The translations under genes were made by a program, and so were the position numbers. From positions 56,123 to 120,122 of the forward strand of contig CAZTUB010000005.1 of assembly GCA_964615905.1 (NCBI GenBank): 64,000 nucleotides of DNA. The letters are read 5' to 3'. The notes beneath the pieces were generated by a model that saw only the letters and a program-made list of their open reading frames with translations, made no database searches and was not told the DNA's origin. This stretch comes from an uncultured Clostridia bacterium. Lineage in GTDB: Bacteria; Acidobacteriota; Blastocatellia; UBA7656. Shown here piece after piece: positions 47,475 to 56,523 of the stretch; positions within the stretch are counted from its first letter, which is position 1; each line of letters begins with the position of its first letter.

Positions 47475-48719
47475 TTAGCTCTTGGTCAACGCGACAATAG
47501 GGTCGAGCCGCGCAGCCTTAAACGCGGGGTATATCCCCGCGACGACTCCGATGACGCTGGAAAAGGCCAGCGACAGAAATACGTAAATTATTGTGATCGT
47601 CATCGGTATGGGCGTCGTCGCGCTTATGACCCAAGAGAGCGCCGAAGCCAGCAGAATCCCGATTGCGCCGCCGAGCGCGCACAGGATCGAAGACTCGATC
47701 AAAAACTGCACGAGTATCTGCCGCTTTGTGGCCCCGAGCGCCTTGCGCAGCCCTATCTCGAACGTTCGCTCGGTGACCGATACGAGCATTATGTTCATCA
47801 CAACTATCCCGCCTACGAGCAGAGAGATCAGCGTGATGGGAGTGACGACCATCGCTATGCTGCCGGTGAACTCGTCCACCTGATTGTTAAGCTCTTGAAC
47901 ATTCACAAGCCCGAACGTGTCCTTCTCGTTGCCTCTTAGCTTGTGGCGGTTCCGCATCGCGGTGCGGGCCTCTTCAATCGTGGCCAGAAACTGCTCGCGG
48001 GTGTTCGCCTTGCCGTGGAGTTGTATGCTCTGGCGGCGGCCAAACATCCGGCCGTAGGTGGTAAGCGGGATGTATATGTGATTGTCGAGCGAGTTGCCGA
48101 ACATCGAGCCGCGCTTCTCCTCGACGCCCACGATTCGCAGCGGGATGTCGTTGACTTTTAACTCGCGGCCTATGGGGTCGACGCCGGGGAAGAACTTCTC
48201 TTTTATGTCGTAGCCGATCACGCAAACGAGCGAGGGGTTATCCACCTCGTGCGGCAGGATGAAGCGGCCTTCGACTATTGTCTTGTCTTCGATCTTGTCC
48301 ATGTTGGCGGTGACGCCGTTTACGCCTGTCGAGAAGATCTCCTGCCCGTCTTGCTTCAGATCGACGCGGGTGCTGGCCTGCGCCCCGACCTCCGAGCAGT
48401 TCGCGCAATGCTCGCGGAGCCATTCGAAGTCTTCGAGGTCGAGCCGCTTGTTGCGGCGGTCCATCTCTTTCCACTCTTCTTCGGTCACGTTCCCTGAGCT
48501 TGCCATGCGAGCGATCATGAAGTGGTTGACGCCAAGCACCTTCGACACGCGCTCGATGACGTAAGAGTTAAGCCCGCCGATGGCGGCGCCCACCACGACG
48601 ACCGACGCAACGCCAATGATGACGCCTAGCAGCGTGAGGAACGCGCGCAGCTTGTGAGCAAAGATAGATTGCAGGGCAATCTTGGCCGCGTCTGTGTAGA
48701 AAGAGTAAAAACTTCTCAT
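47475..48719 (-). CDS. ABC transporter permease, MacB/FtsX type (paralog of 46196..47452)
   Basis: Same architecture (MacB_PCD plus FtsX; ...[22 protein letters not shown]...). Confidence 0.85.
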   Translation of the reverse strand: MRSFYSFYTDAAKIALQSIFAHKLRAFLTLLGVIIGVASVVVVGAAIGGLNSYVIERVSKVLGVNHFMIARMASSGNVTEEEWKEMDRRNKRLDLEDFEWLREHCANCSEVGAQASTRVDLKQDGQEIFSTGVNGVTANMDKIEDKTIVEGRFILPHEVDNPSLVCVIGYDIKEKFFPGVDPIGRELKVNDIPLRIVGVEEKRGSMFGNSLDNHIYIPLTTYGRMFGRRQSIQLHGKANTREQFLATIEEARTAMRNRHKLRGNEKDTFGLVNVQELNNQVDEFTGSIAMVVTPITLISLLVGGIVVMNIMLVSVTERTFEIGLRKALGATKRQILVQFLIESSILCALGGAIGILLASALSWVISATTPIPMTITIIYVFLSLAFSSVIGVVAGIYPAFKAARLDPIVALTKS

Positions 48720-48819
48720 AAAATATTTTATAGTCCGAAAGTTCTGCGGATACCTGTGTTGTACGAGCCAGTTGGCCAGGATGTTTAGGAAAAGTTCTGG
48801 CTAAACGCGAACCGAGAGC

Positions 48820-48912
48820 CGTGAACCGTGAACCGTAAACCGTGACAAGCCAGAGTAGAGCGGTAGACCGGGCATCTCTCCTCTTGTCACGGTTTACGGT
48901 TCACGGTTCACG
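48820..48912. repeat. Long hairpin element, copy C: perfect 30-bp inverted arms (same arm sequence as copy B) with a 33-nt loop; right arm overlaps the 3' end of the CapK-like CDS
   Basis: Arms 48820-48849 and 48883-48912 are exact reverse complements and identical to the arms of copy B. Confidence 0.85.
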
Positions 48913-50270
48913 ATCTTCGTAATCTCTTGTATGACGAGGCGGAACTTGCCGCTTGCTACGAGCGGTATCTCTTCGGGAAAGCTCAGCGTGATCTCCATGG
49001 TGTCGCCCATCTTTTCAGATAGTGCGGCACGTATACGGTGGCTATCCCGGTCCGTGTAGCCGGACCTTCGTCTGATCCGAAGCTCAACCTTGCCTTTTTC
49101 ACGCTGATAAAACTGTATCTGGTGTACGTTGTCAAAGATGTCCGAGTGCATATTCAATGCCGTCACCGAGATCAGGTTATCGAGCCTGCCCACAAGCACC
49201 TCTTGGTGCCAGCGGCCGCGCGTCTCTCTTAGCAATCTATAATTGCGCCCGCAGGCGCAGGACGACGGGCCGACGACTGCCCAATCGTCCGTGCGGTAGC
49301 GAATGAGCGGCATGGCAAAGTTGTCGAGCGACGTGCCGACAAGCTCGCCCATCTCGCCTTCTTCGGTCGCGTCCGCGCCTTCGGCGGTGAGCACTTCGAC
49401 CACGCCGTACTCAGGGAAGATGTGATAGTTATTGCTCGCCTCGCATTCGCCCGCGAGGATGGTGGTCTCGCTGTGGCCGTACCAGGAAAATAGCCGCGCG
49501 CCGTAGAAAGATTCTATAAACTCGCGCTGGCCGGGATAGAGGTTCTCGGATGACGCGAGTATGGCTTTGAACCGGGGCGGCTCCTGACCGAGCGCTTGCA
49601 GGTGTCGCGCAAAGTCTATGACCGCCGACGGGTACGAGTGCAGAAACGGCAGCCGTTTCTCTCGCATGACGCGAGCGTAAGCGGCCACGTTTTCAGGGGT
49701 CATATGAAAGTTGGAGAAGACATAGGATCGCTCCGAAACCTGATACTCCCAGTGGCGGCGGTTCTTGACCGCCCAGCCCCTCAGCGCAGCCCGCAGGTCT
49801 CGCGGGCGAAACCCCACGCGCGCCCACTGCGTGAACATGAAAGCTCGCTCGCGCCCGCCCGCGTGCTTGAGGTTGTAGACTCCGAGAGGCGTGCCCATCG
49901 TGCCGCCGGTCGTGAAGTAGAGCCTGTCGCGCGGCTTTATATTCTCGGCAAGAAGATCGCGCAGGTTTTCGCGCACGGTCTCTTTGTCCAGAAGCGGCAG
50001 TACGCGCAGGTCTGCGACCGTTCGCACGCCTTCGGGGTCGAACCCGCGCTCTCGAAAGAGCCTGCGATAATAAGGCACATTCTTCGCAGCGTGACATAAC
50101 ATGCGGCGGAGCTTTTTCAGCTGATAATCCGCGAGCCTGTCTTCGCTCCAATGCTCGGACTGTTTTAGCAGGCTTAGTGTGGGCGCATACTGCGGCCCGT
50201 AGCATATAGGATCGGGCAGGCGGTAGTAGACCGGCTTTAATAGGGATTTAATCGAGTCTTTCGCGCCCAT
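48894..50270 (-). CDS. Adenylate-forming enzyme of the phenylacetate-CoA ligase / coenzyme F390 synthetase (CapK-like) family
   Basis: Start at ATG 50270 (MGAKDSIK...). PaaK/CapK-like blocks (LRRMLCHAAKNVPYYRRLF, YFTTGGTMGTPLG, ILASSENLYPGQREFIE). The last five codons (VNREP) and the stop lie within the repeat arm. Confidence 0.75.
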   Translation of the reverse strand: MGAKDSIKSLLKPVYYRLPDPICYGPQYAPTLSLLKQSEHWSEDRLADYQLKKLRRMLCHAAKNVPYYRRLFRERGFDPEGVRTVADLRVLPLLDKETVRENLRDLLAENIKPRDRLYFTTGGTMGTPLGVYNLKHAGGRERAFMFTQWARVGFRPRDLRAALRGWAVKNRRHWEYQVSERSYVFSNFHMTPENVAAYARVMREKRLPFLHSYPSAVIDFARHLQALGQEPPRFKAILASSENLYPGQREFIESFYGARLFSWYGHSETTILAGECEASNNYHIFPEYGVVEVLTAEGADATEEGEMGELVGTSLDNFAMPLIRYRTDDWAVVGPSSCACGRNYRLLRETRGRWHQEVLVGRLDNLISVTALNMHSDIFDNVHQIQFYQREKGKVELRIRRRSGYTDRDSHRIRAALSEKMGDTMEITLSFPEEIPLVASGKFRLVIQEITKIVNREP

Positions 50271-50317
50271 CGAAAGCCTTATAACGCGCCGCGAGCCTGT
50301 CGAGCGCCCGAAACCTT

Positions 50318-52696
50318 CTAACCTTTCGCGCCCACCGGCTCCGCGACCCTGAGCGCAGACCCTGCCTGCTCGTCGCTTCCTTGCGGGCGAGTGATAAAGA
50401 AAACAGCCGCGAGATAGAGCAACGAGCCTACGACGAGCGCCTGATTGAACCCCGTCAGGATGGCGATGACAAGCGCGGCGACCGACCCCATGACGGAGGT
50501 CGCGCCGTTTACGCCCCACGCCCACGGAATTATCTCAGGCTGGTTGCGCGCAAGCAGGCGTATCCCCATCGGCATAGGCATTCCCATAACAGTTGCCAGC
50601 GGCCCCATCAGCGCAATTGCTATCAGGATGCGCAACGGGTGCGCCAGGTGGACGAGCCCGTAAAAGATGGGCGGCAGCACGACTATGTAAACAAAGACGA
50701 GCGCGACCACCGCGACAAGGATTTTGATGATCGTCTTTGACAGCCCGGCTTCGGCAAAGCGCCCGCTCAGGTAACTGCCGATGGCGCTGAACGTGAGCAG
50801 CGAGAAAAGGACCACTGCGAGCGCGTAGACGGGGTGTCCGAGAAAGAGTATGAACTTCTGAATCATCGCCACCTCGACGATGATAAAACCCGCGCCTAGA
50901 CATCCGAAGTAGAGCAGGTAAGAGAGCCGCCCGCCGCCTTGTTTAAGCTCGCGCCCCCGCGCAAGGACAAGCGGCCCGATGATGAACAGAATCACCATGA
51001 CGGTAGTGATAGCGAGCAGCGCGAACAGTACGAACGTGCCGAGATTGGTCTTCTGCCACTCGCCCGCGCCGCTCAACGCGCGGCCGAGATTCGACAACCG
51101 TATCGAGTTAAAGAAGAACGGGTTGTTGTCCCAGGTCGGGTCCACGTTCGTCTCGAAGGATTGCCATACCTGTTCAGGGTCGTCGGCCTCGATCATCCGT
51201 GTGAAGACGTTGGCGGGCCTCGTCAGCGGAGTGTATAAAAGCTCGAACCCGTTAAGGGCCGCGTGCGCTTCGATTGCTCGAACCTCTTCGTCCGTGAACT
51301 CGCTCTTCTTAAAAAGAAAAGTTGCGGGGGTCCGCTCGTCGTTGTAGCGGGCATCGCGGATGAGCATGACGTGGCGGGGCGCGTTCCCGATCCCAAGCTC
51401 TGTCATCATCGCTCGCGTCAGCGTCAGCAATCTGAGCAACTGGTCGGGCGGCTCGAAATACCACCGCGTCATCGTAAAGATGCCGTCGTCTGTGAGGTGA
51501 GTCGCGTAATCCTTGAACGCTTCGACCGTGTAGAGGTTGTTTTCGGTAAGCGAGAATGCGCCCGCCGCCGTCGCCGCCCACGTGTCGACCATCGTCGCTT
51601 GCAGTATGTCGTAGCGGTCGCTCGACCGCCGGATAAAGCTCCGGCCTTCATCGACGACGAGCCGCACTTCCGGGTGATGGTATATGCCGCCCGAATAACT
51701 CTTAAACGGTTCCGACGACATCACGTCTTCAGCGATGATCGGGTTGATCTCGACCGCTGTGATCGCGCGCGCGCCGAACAACCGCGCGGCCAAAACGTCA
51801 TAGCCGCCGCCGGGTCCGACTATCAACACGTTCGGCTGATGTTTGAGGTGATAGACGAGCGCGGCTATGCGATTGCGCTCGCTTTCATGCCTTGCGAAAT
51901 CGTTCGAATCCTTTACTATCCCGGTCGCGGCGTCGGCGTCGATCTTTATCTCTACAAGGTCGTTCAGGTCGCCTTCGACAGTGATGCGCGAAAAAGAGTT
52001 CCACTTCGAGAAGAGGACTCTATTCTCTTTAAGCCCCTTCGACTGTTTGATGTCGATTGCGCGGGTCGCGCTGTTGTAAGCCGCGAGCCCCGCGAATGCC
52101 GCGGCAAACAGAAGCGACGCTGCGAGATAACCGCGCCCGCCCGGCGTGGCTGTGCTAAAGAGCGCGGCTGCCAGGGCCGCGAGCGCCGCGACGATTATCA
52201 CGGTGTTGATAGCGCCTATGAGGTTTAAGACGGGGATCATCAGCAGACACCCCAGTGCTGCCCCCGCAAGGTCGAACAGGTACAACCGGCTTATATCTTT
52301 GGCGAGCCTCGTGATGGAGAGCGTCACCGCGCACCCGCCAAAGAAGAAGGGAAGCGAGGTCGCCGCGTAAATCCGAGCCAGCTTGTAATAGTTCTCTTCG
52401 CCCATCTCGAACGCCAGCGGGTTTGCGAGTATCACGTAGAGCGCAAAAACCGTGGTTACCGCAAAGAGGATCGAAGCAAGGCTCAGCCACTGGCCCGTGC
52501 GCTCGCCGGCAAGCCTGCGCTGTACGAGATAGATAAAGACGCCGCTCGCGCCCGATCCGAACAGCGCCAGCGAGATCGCCAGGAAGGCGAAGTGATAATA
52601 CATCGTCGCCGAAAAGAGCCGCGTCAGCGACAGCTCAAGCATCAAGATCGAAAGCGTTATCAGGCCGATACCCGCGAAGATTCTTCTATGATCCAT
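50318..52696 (-). CDS. Polytopic membrane protein with central spermidine-synthase-like (class I SAM-dependent fold) domain
   Basis: ~8 N-terminal TM helices. Central VLIVGPGGGYDVLAARLFGARAITAVEINP...RYDILQATMVD resembles aminopropyltransferase motifs. Additional C-terminal TM helices. 792 aa. Confidence 0.6.
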   Translation of the reverse strand: MDHRRIFAGIGLITLSILMLELSLTRLFSATMYYHFAFLAISLALFGSGASGVFIYLVQRRLAGERTGQWLSLASILFAVTTVFALYVILANPLAFEMGEENYYKLARIYAATSLPFFFGGCAVTLSITRLAKDISRLYLFDLAGAALGCLLMIPVLNLIGAINTVIIVAALAALAAALFSTATPGGRGYLAASLLFAAAFAGLAAYNSATRAIDIKQSKGLKENRVLFSKWNSFSRITVEGDLNDLVEIKIDADAATGIVKDSNDFARHESERNRIAALVYHLKHQPNVLIVGPGGGYDVLAARLFGARAITAVEINPIIAEDVMSSEPFKSYSGGIYHHPEVRLVVDEGRSFIRRSSDRYDILQATMVDTWAATAAGAFSLTENNLYTVEAFKDYATHLTDDGIFTMTRWYFEPPDQLLRLLTLTRAMMTELGIGNAPRHVMLIRDARYNDERTPATFLFKKSEFTDEEVRAIEAHAALNGFELLYTPLTRPANVFTRMIEADDPEQVWQSFETNVDPTWDNNPFFFNSIRLSNLGRALSGAGEWQKTNLGTFVLFALLAITTVMVILFIIGPLVLARGRELKQGGGRLSYLLYFGCLGAGFIIVEVAMIQKFILFLGHPVYALAVVLFSLLTFSAIGSYLSGRFAEAGLSKTIIKILVAVVALVFVYIVVLPPIFYGLVHLAHPLRILIAIALMGPLATVMGMPMPMGIRLLARNQPEIIPWAWGVNGATSVMGSVAALVIAILTGFNQALVVGSLLYLAAVFFITRPQGSDEQAGSALRVAEPVGAKG

Positions 52697-53918
52697 TTCC
52701 CACTCTGCCCTTGACCCTCAGTCCTAAAATATCCCTGCTCACCTCTTCGGTCCGCGCGTCCCAGGTCGACTCTTTTACGGCCTGCTGTCGCGCGTGGCGG
52801 TCCGCTGCCGTGTCGTTGCCGAGCGCGTCTTCAACCTTTCGGATGAAATCGTCATACCCGCGCGAAATGCGCAGTATACCATCGAGTGACTCGTACTCGT
52901 AAAGCGGCGTTATCACCACTGGCTTGCCTGTCGCCAGGTACTCTCTGACTTTGATCGCGCTGCCGTAGCTGACAAACTCGTTGTCGGTCACCCACGGCAG
53001 CACGCACACGTCGAACGAAGCGGCATAACGCGGCATCTCGGCGTAAGGCTTTGAGCCGAGGTAATGGACGTTCGGCAAACTTTCTATATCGAGCCGCGCG
53101 GCCTTTAACCCCATCAGAACCCAGTGCCAGTCGGGTCGCCGCTCGCTTATGTAGCGGATCATCTGCTGGTCGAGCAGCCACGTCTCTATCGCGCCGAAGT
53201 AGCCGAGGCGCGGGCGAGGGATTCGAGCCACATCTGCGGGCTCCTCCCAGCGGTCCGCCGCCTGCGCGAAATGATCGAAGTCAACCGCCTGGGCCAGCAT
53301 ACGCGATTTCGCAAGCGTGTGCGGATAGGCGGCGAGGTGCTCTTCATAAAGCTTGCGGCCAGAAAAATAGATCAGGTCCGCCCGCTCGACCAGTTCTTCA
53401 TGCATGCGGGTTATGATATTGCCGCTCGTCGCGTGGTCCATCCGGTTAGCGTCGTACTTGTCGGAGACTTGATAGATCAACGCGCGCTCAGACAACCGGC
53501 CCGCCATGTCGCGCGCGGTCGGTATGGCGATCCACAGCAGCGGGCTTCTCATGTCAAAAGCGATCATCAGCAACTTCATCTGAAGCGACAACAGCCAGCG
53601 GTTAAGAGCGCGGCCCCACGGGCTTGAATAAAACGGCGTGACGATGGGCGAGACGACTATGATCCCTTCCTCGGTCCGGCGGACAAAGCGCGCGTAGCTT
53701 TTGAGCTTGCGTTTGATCTTGCCGAAAAAATCGGGGCTCTTGACCGAGGGCAGACCCATCGAGATGGAGTTGACGAAGATTACGCGGTTGCCTGCGCGAG
53801 CGAACCTCCGCATTATGTGGTTCTTCGAATGCGGGTGGTGATACCACCAGTCCTCGCCTGCGAAACAGATTATCGATTGGTTTTCGAGCATAGAAGGAAG
53901 CCGCTGAGGCCGCTGCAC
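52686..53918 (-). CDS. Glycosyltransferase family 1 (GT4-like)
   Basis: GT-B C-terminal motif KVREYLATGKPVVITPL. N-terminal Rossmann-like half. 410 aa. Confidence 0.7.
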   Translation of the reverse strand: MQRPQRLPSMLENQSIICFAGEDWWYHHPHSKNHIMRRFARAGNRVIFVNSISMGLPSVKSPDFFGKIKRKLKSYARFVRRTEEGIIVVSPIVTPFYSSPWGRALNRWLLSLQMKLLMIAFDMRSPLLWIAIPTARDMAGRLSERALIYQVSDKYDANRMDHATSGNIITRMHEELVERADLIYFSGRKLYEEHLAAYPHTLAKSRMLAQAVDFDHFAQAADRWEEPADVARIPRPRLGYFGAIETWLLDQQMIRYISERRPDWHWVLMGLKAARLDIESLPNVHYLGSKPYAEMPRYAASFDVCVLPWVTDNEFVSYGSAIKVREYLATGKPVVITPLYEYESLDGILRISRGYDDFIRKVEDALGNDTAADRHARQQAVKESTWDARTEEVSRDILGLRVKGRVGNGS

Positions 53919-53940
53919 AGGTGAGACAGAAGATTCTTCG

Positions 53941-56520
53941 CTAAACCTTAAGCCCTTTCTTAAAGACTCGCTCGGCGTTGTGCCGCCAGGTGTACCGCTC
54001 TATGACCTTCTGCCGCGCATTCTTGCCGAGTCGCTCGCGCAAGTGCGCATCAGCGGCGAGCCGCTCGATGCTGCGCGCCAGCGCGTCCGGGTCACCCGGC
54101 GCGACTAAAATCCCTGTCTGCTCGTCGCCTATCACGTCGGCAATCTGGCCGAGGCGGCTGGCGACGATTGGCCGGGCCATCGCCATATACTCGAACAGCT
54201 TTGTCGGAGACCCGAAGAACTCGCTGCCGTCTTCACTCTCGACGTGAGGCGACACGAGTATGTCGCAAGCGTCAAGATAAGCGCGCACGCTCTTGTGCTC
54301 GATGCGACCTGTGAAGGTCGCAGTCTGAGATTTGCCCGCGTCCTCAAGACGCGCTTCGGTCATCGCTCGCTGGTCGCCGTCGCCTATGAAAAGGAAATGG
54401 CAGTTTGCCGGTTCCGCAACTCGCGTGGCCGCTTCGGCAAGCACAGGCGCTCCGTGCCACGGTCCGAACGTCCCAAGAAACCCGACGACCACGCGATCAT
54501 CAATGCCAAGCTCGCGGCGAATCTCACGACCTCCACAGCCAGGGTAAAACTCGTCCGCGTCAACGCCGTTCGGGTTCGTGATAACACGCGCGGGCTCGAC
54601 GCCTGCCTCGATCAGGTTGCGCCGCTCTACCTCCGAGACTACAAAGATCAGATCGGCTGCGCGGTGGTTAAGCCGCTCGAACCGCTCCAGAAGCCATAGC
54701 TGGTCGATAGGGTCCCAGTGACGGCCCAGCCACAACTCAGACCCGTTGTACTCAAGAAGCAGCGGCAGGCCCGTCATCATCGACAAAACGACGCCTGTCC
54801 AGTTGAACCGGCTGTAGCGTTGATAGATAAAAGCCGTCTCGCCGGTATCGCCACGGTCGCGGATATAGCCGAGCGCGCGGACAGTAAAGACAAGGTTATT
54901 CCAAAGCTCAAACAGCACCCTGGTGGCGCTGATTTCGGGCGATAAAGGGATAATGTTGACTTCGACGCCGGGATTTTCGATGCCGACATCGCCCACGGTG
55001 ACGAATTTCAGTTGATGACCGAGCGCGAGCGCGCCGCGCGTGAATCCCGCGACGTGGCTCGCCATGCCGCCTGCCGAGGCCGCGCCCGTAAGCGTCGAAG
55101 CCGAAAGCGTGCCCCTCAGATAAAGGACCGCCTGAGGTTCGCCATCTCGAAAGGTCCGTGGTGGCGACGCAGACTCGCGCGTCATCTTGCGATAGCCAAG
55201 CAGGGCTCCCAGCATCACAGTGAGAAGCCACGAAAGCGGAACGAGCAGCCCGTAGCCCAGGATTAGCTCAAGCGCGAGCCGGGGCGCTTCGAGCGCAAAC
55301 GCGCCCGCGCGTCGGCGTGAAATCTTTCGGCCAGCGCAGTCTCCGAGCAGGATGCGCCGCGCGCCCGCGAGAGCCGCAAACATTATTATCGAGCCGCGCG
55401 CGCTCTGCGCGTTCAAGTCCGATGTAAATACCGCAAATGTATCGGGAGCAAGTTCGCGGATTCGCGCAAGCGCTTCGCGTTTCGATCCCCATTTCAAATC
55501 GGCCTTGTTCAGCAGGACGATCTCTTTATCCTTGATCTGATCCGAGGCCCAGCGTTCCGCCGCGTCTTTGTTACCCGAAAGGTCGAGCAGCGCCGCCACC
55601 CCCTTGCGACTGGCGGCGCGCGCGCGCGAGTCGGCTTGTGTAGAGATCTGGTGAGTTGACGAAGGCAGCGATTTTTCGGCCGTTATTATCAGGTTCCAGC
55701 CAAAACGGACCGCGAGCCATGTGAAGAGAGGTTCGGGGAGTTTTTTGCCGACCACCCCAAGCTCGGGGCGGGTCAATTGGTTTACTTCAACGGCGCAGCG
55801 GCCAAAGTCTTTGAACAGCTCGTAGCTTTCGCCGCGCGTGAAAGCTTTGACAAGCGGACGCCCGCCAGTTTCCGTGTGCTCGACATAGCGGCTCATGATC
55901 TCGGCAGGGCCGTATTTGAATAACTCGCCGCCGAAGATGCCGCGCTTGAGCATGAGCCCGAGCCAGTAATAAAAAGAGCTGCGGTGATAGACCATCACGA
56001 CCGCTTTGCCGCCGGGGCGCAGCACGCGGTGAATCTCACTCACTGCGCGCTGGGTATCGGGCGTGTGGTGTATGACTCCGAACGAGTAGACCAGATCGAA
56101 ACTCTCGTCCGGGAAGCTCAGATTCTCGGCGTCGCTTATGGAGAACTGGCCTTCGAGGCCGTAGACTTTGAACCTGCGCCGCGCGATCTCTACGCTGCGC
56201 GGCGTCAGGTCGCAGCCCGTTACGACCGCGCCGCCTCTGGCAAACTGCAAGAGGTCCGTGCCGGTCCCGCAACCGACTTCGAGAACGCGCTTGTGCTCAT
56301 ACCTGTCGAACCCAATTACCTTTTTCATCCACGGCGCGTAGATGCGGTAGCGGTAATCTTCAATCGCGTCGAAATACCCGCGCGTGCCGAATTCAAGCCC
56401 GCGCGCCACGTGCGCCCCGCAAGGGTTCTTGCTCCACTGCTCAAGCGCGCGGCGCTTCGCCTGCTCGGCTGCGGGCCGAATCGGTGCGAGCGAAGCTGCC
56501 TGTTTTTCGAGACTATTCAT
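53941..56520 (-). CDS. Bifunctional class I SAM-dependent methyltransferase / GT4 glycosyltransferase fusion (859 aa)
   Basis: N-terminal MTase motif I VLEVGCGTGTDLLQFARGG and LRPGGKAVVMV. C-terminal GT4 region (FLGTFGPWHGAPVL...FIGDG.....SPH.ESEDGSEFFGSPTKLFEYMAMARPIVAS). Confidence 0.7.
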   Translation of the reverse strand: MNSLEKQAASLAPIRPAAEQAKRRALEQWSKNPCGAHVARGLEFGTRGYFDAIEDYRYRIYAPWMKKVIGFDRYEHKRVLEVGCGTGTDLLQFARGGAVVTGCDLTPRSVEIARRRFKVYGLEGQFSISDAENLSFPDESFDLVYSFGVIHHTPDTQRAVSEIHRVLRPGGKAVVMVYHRSSFYYWLGLMLKRGIFGGELFKYGPAEIMSRYVEHTETGGRPLVKAFTRGESYELFKDFGRCAVEVNQLTRPELGVVGKKLPEPLFTWLAVRFGWNLIITAEKSLPSSTHQISTQADSRARAASRKGVAALLDLSGNKDAAERWASDQIKDKEIVLLNKADLKWGSKREALARIRELAPDTFAVFTSDLNAQSARGSIIMFAALAGARRILLGDCAGRKISRRRAGAFALEAPRLALELILGYGLLVPLSWLLTVMLGALLGYRKMTRESASPPRTFRDGEPQAVLYLRGTLSASTLTGAASAGGMASHVAGFTRGALALGHQLKFVTVGDVGIENPGVEVNIIPLSPEISATRVLFELWNNLVFTVRALGYIRDRGDTGETAFIYQRYSRFNWTGVVLSMMTGLPLLLEYNGSELWLGRHWDPIDQLWLLERFERLNHRAADLIFVVSEVERRNLIEAGVEPARVITNPNGVDADEFYPGCGGREIRRELGIDDRVVVGFLGTFGPWHGAPVLAEAATRVAEPANCHFLFIGDGDQRAMTEARLEDAGKSQTATFTGRIEHKSVRAYLDACDILVSPHVESEDGSEFFGSPTKLFEYMAMARPIVASRLGQIADVIGDEQTGILVAPGDPDALARSIERLAADAHLRERLGKNARQKVIERYTWRHNAERVFKKGLKV

Positions 56521-56523
56521 CGT

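Noticed and set aside
50270-50525. N-terminal extension (85 aa) of the CapK-like ORF overlapping the upstream gene
   Set aside because: Arg/Gly-rich extension overlapping the 3' end of the neighbouring CDS. The ATG at 50270 gives the conserved ligase N-terminus.
51263-52228. 321-aa plus-strand ORF
   Set aside because: Antisense within the polytopic spermidine-synthase-like gene. Arg-rich.
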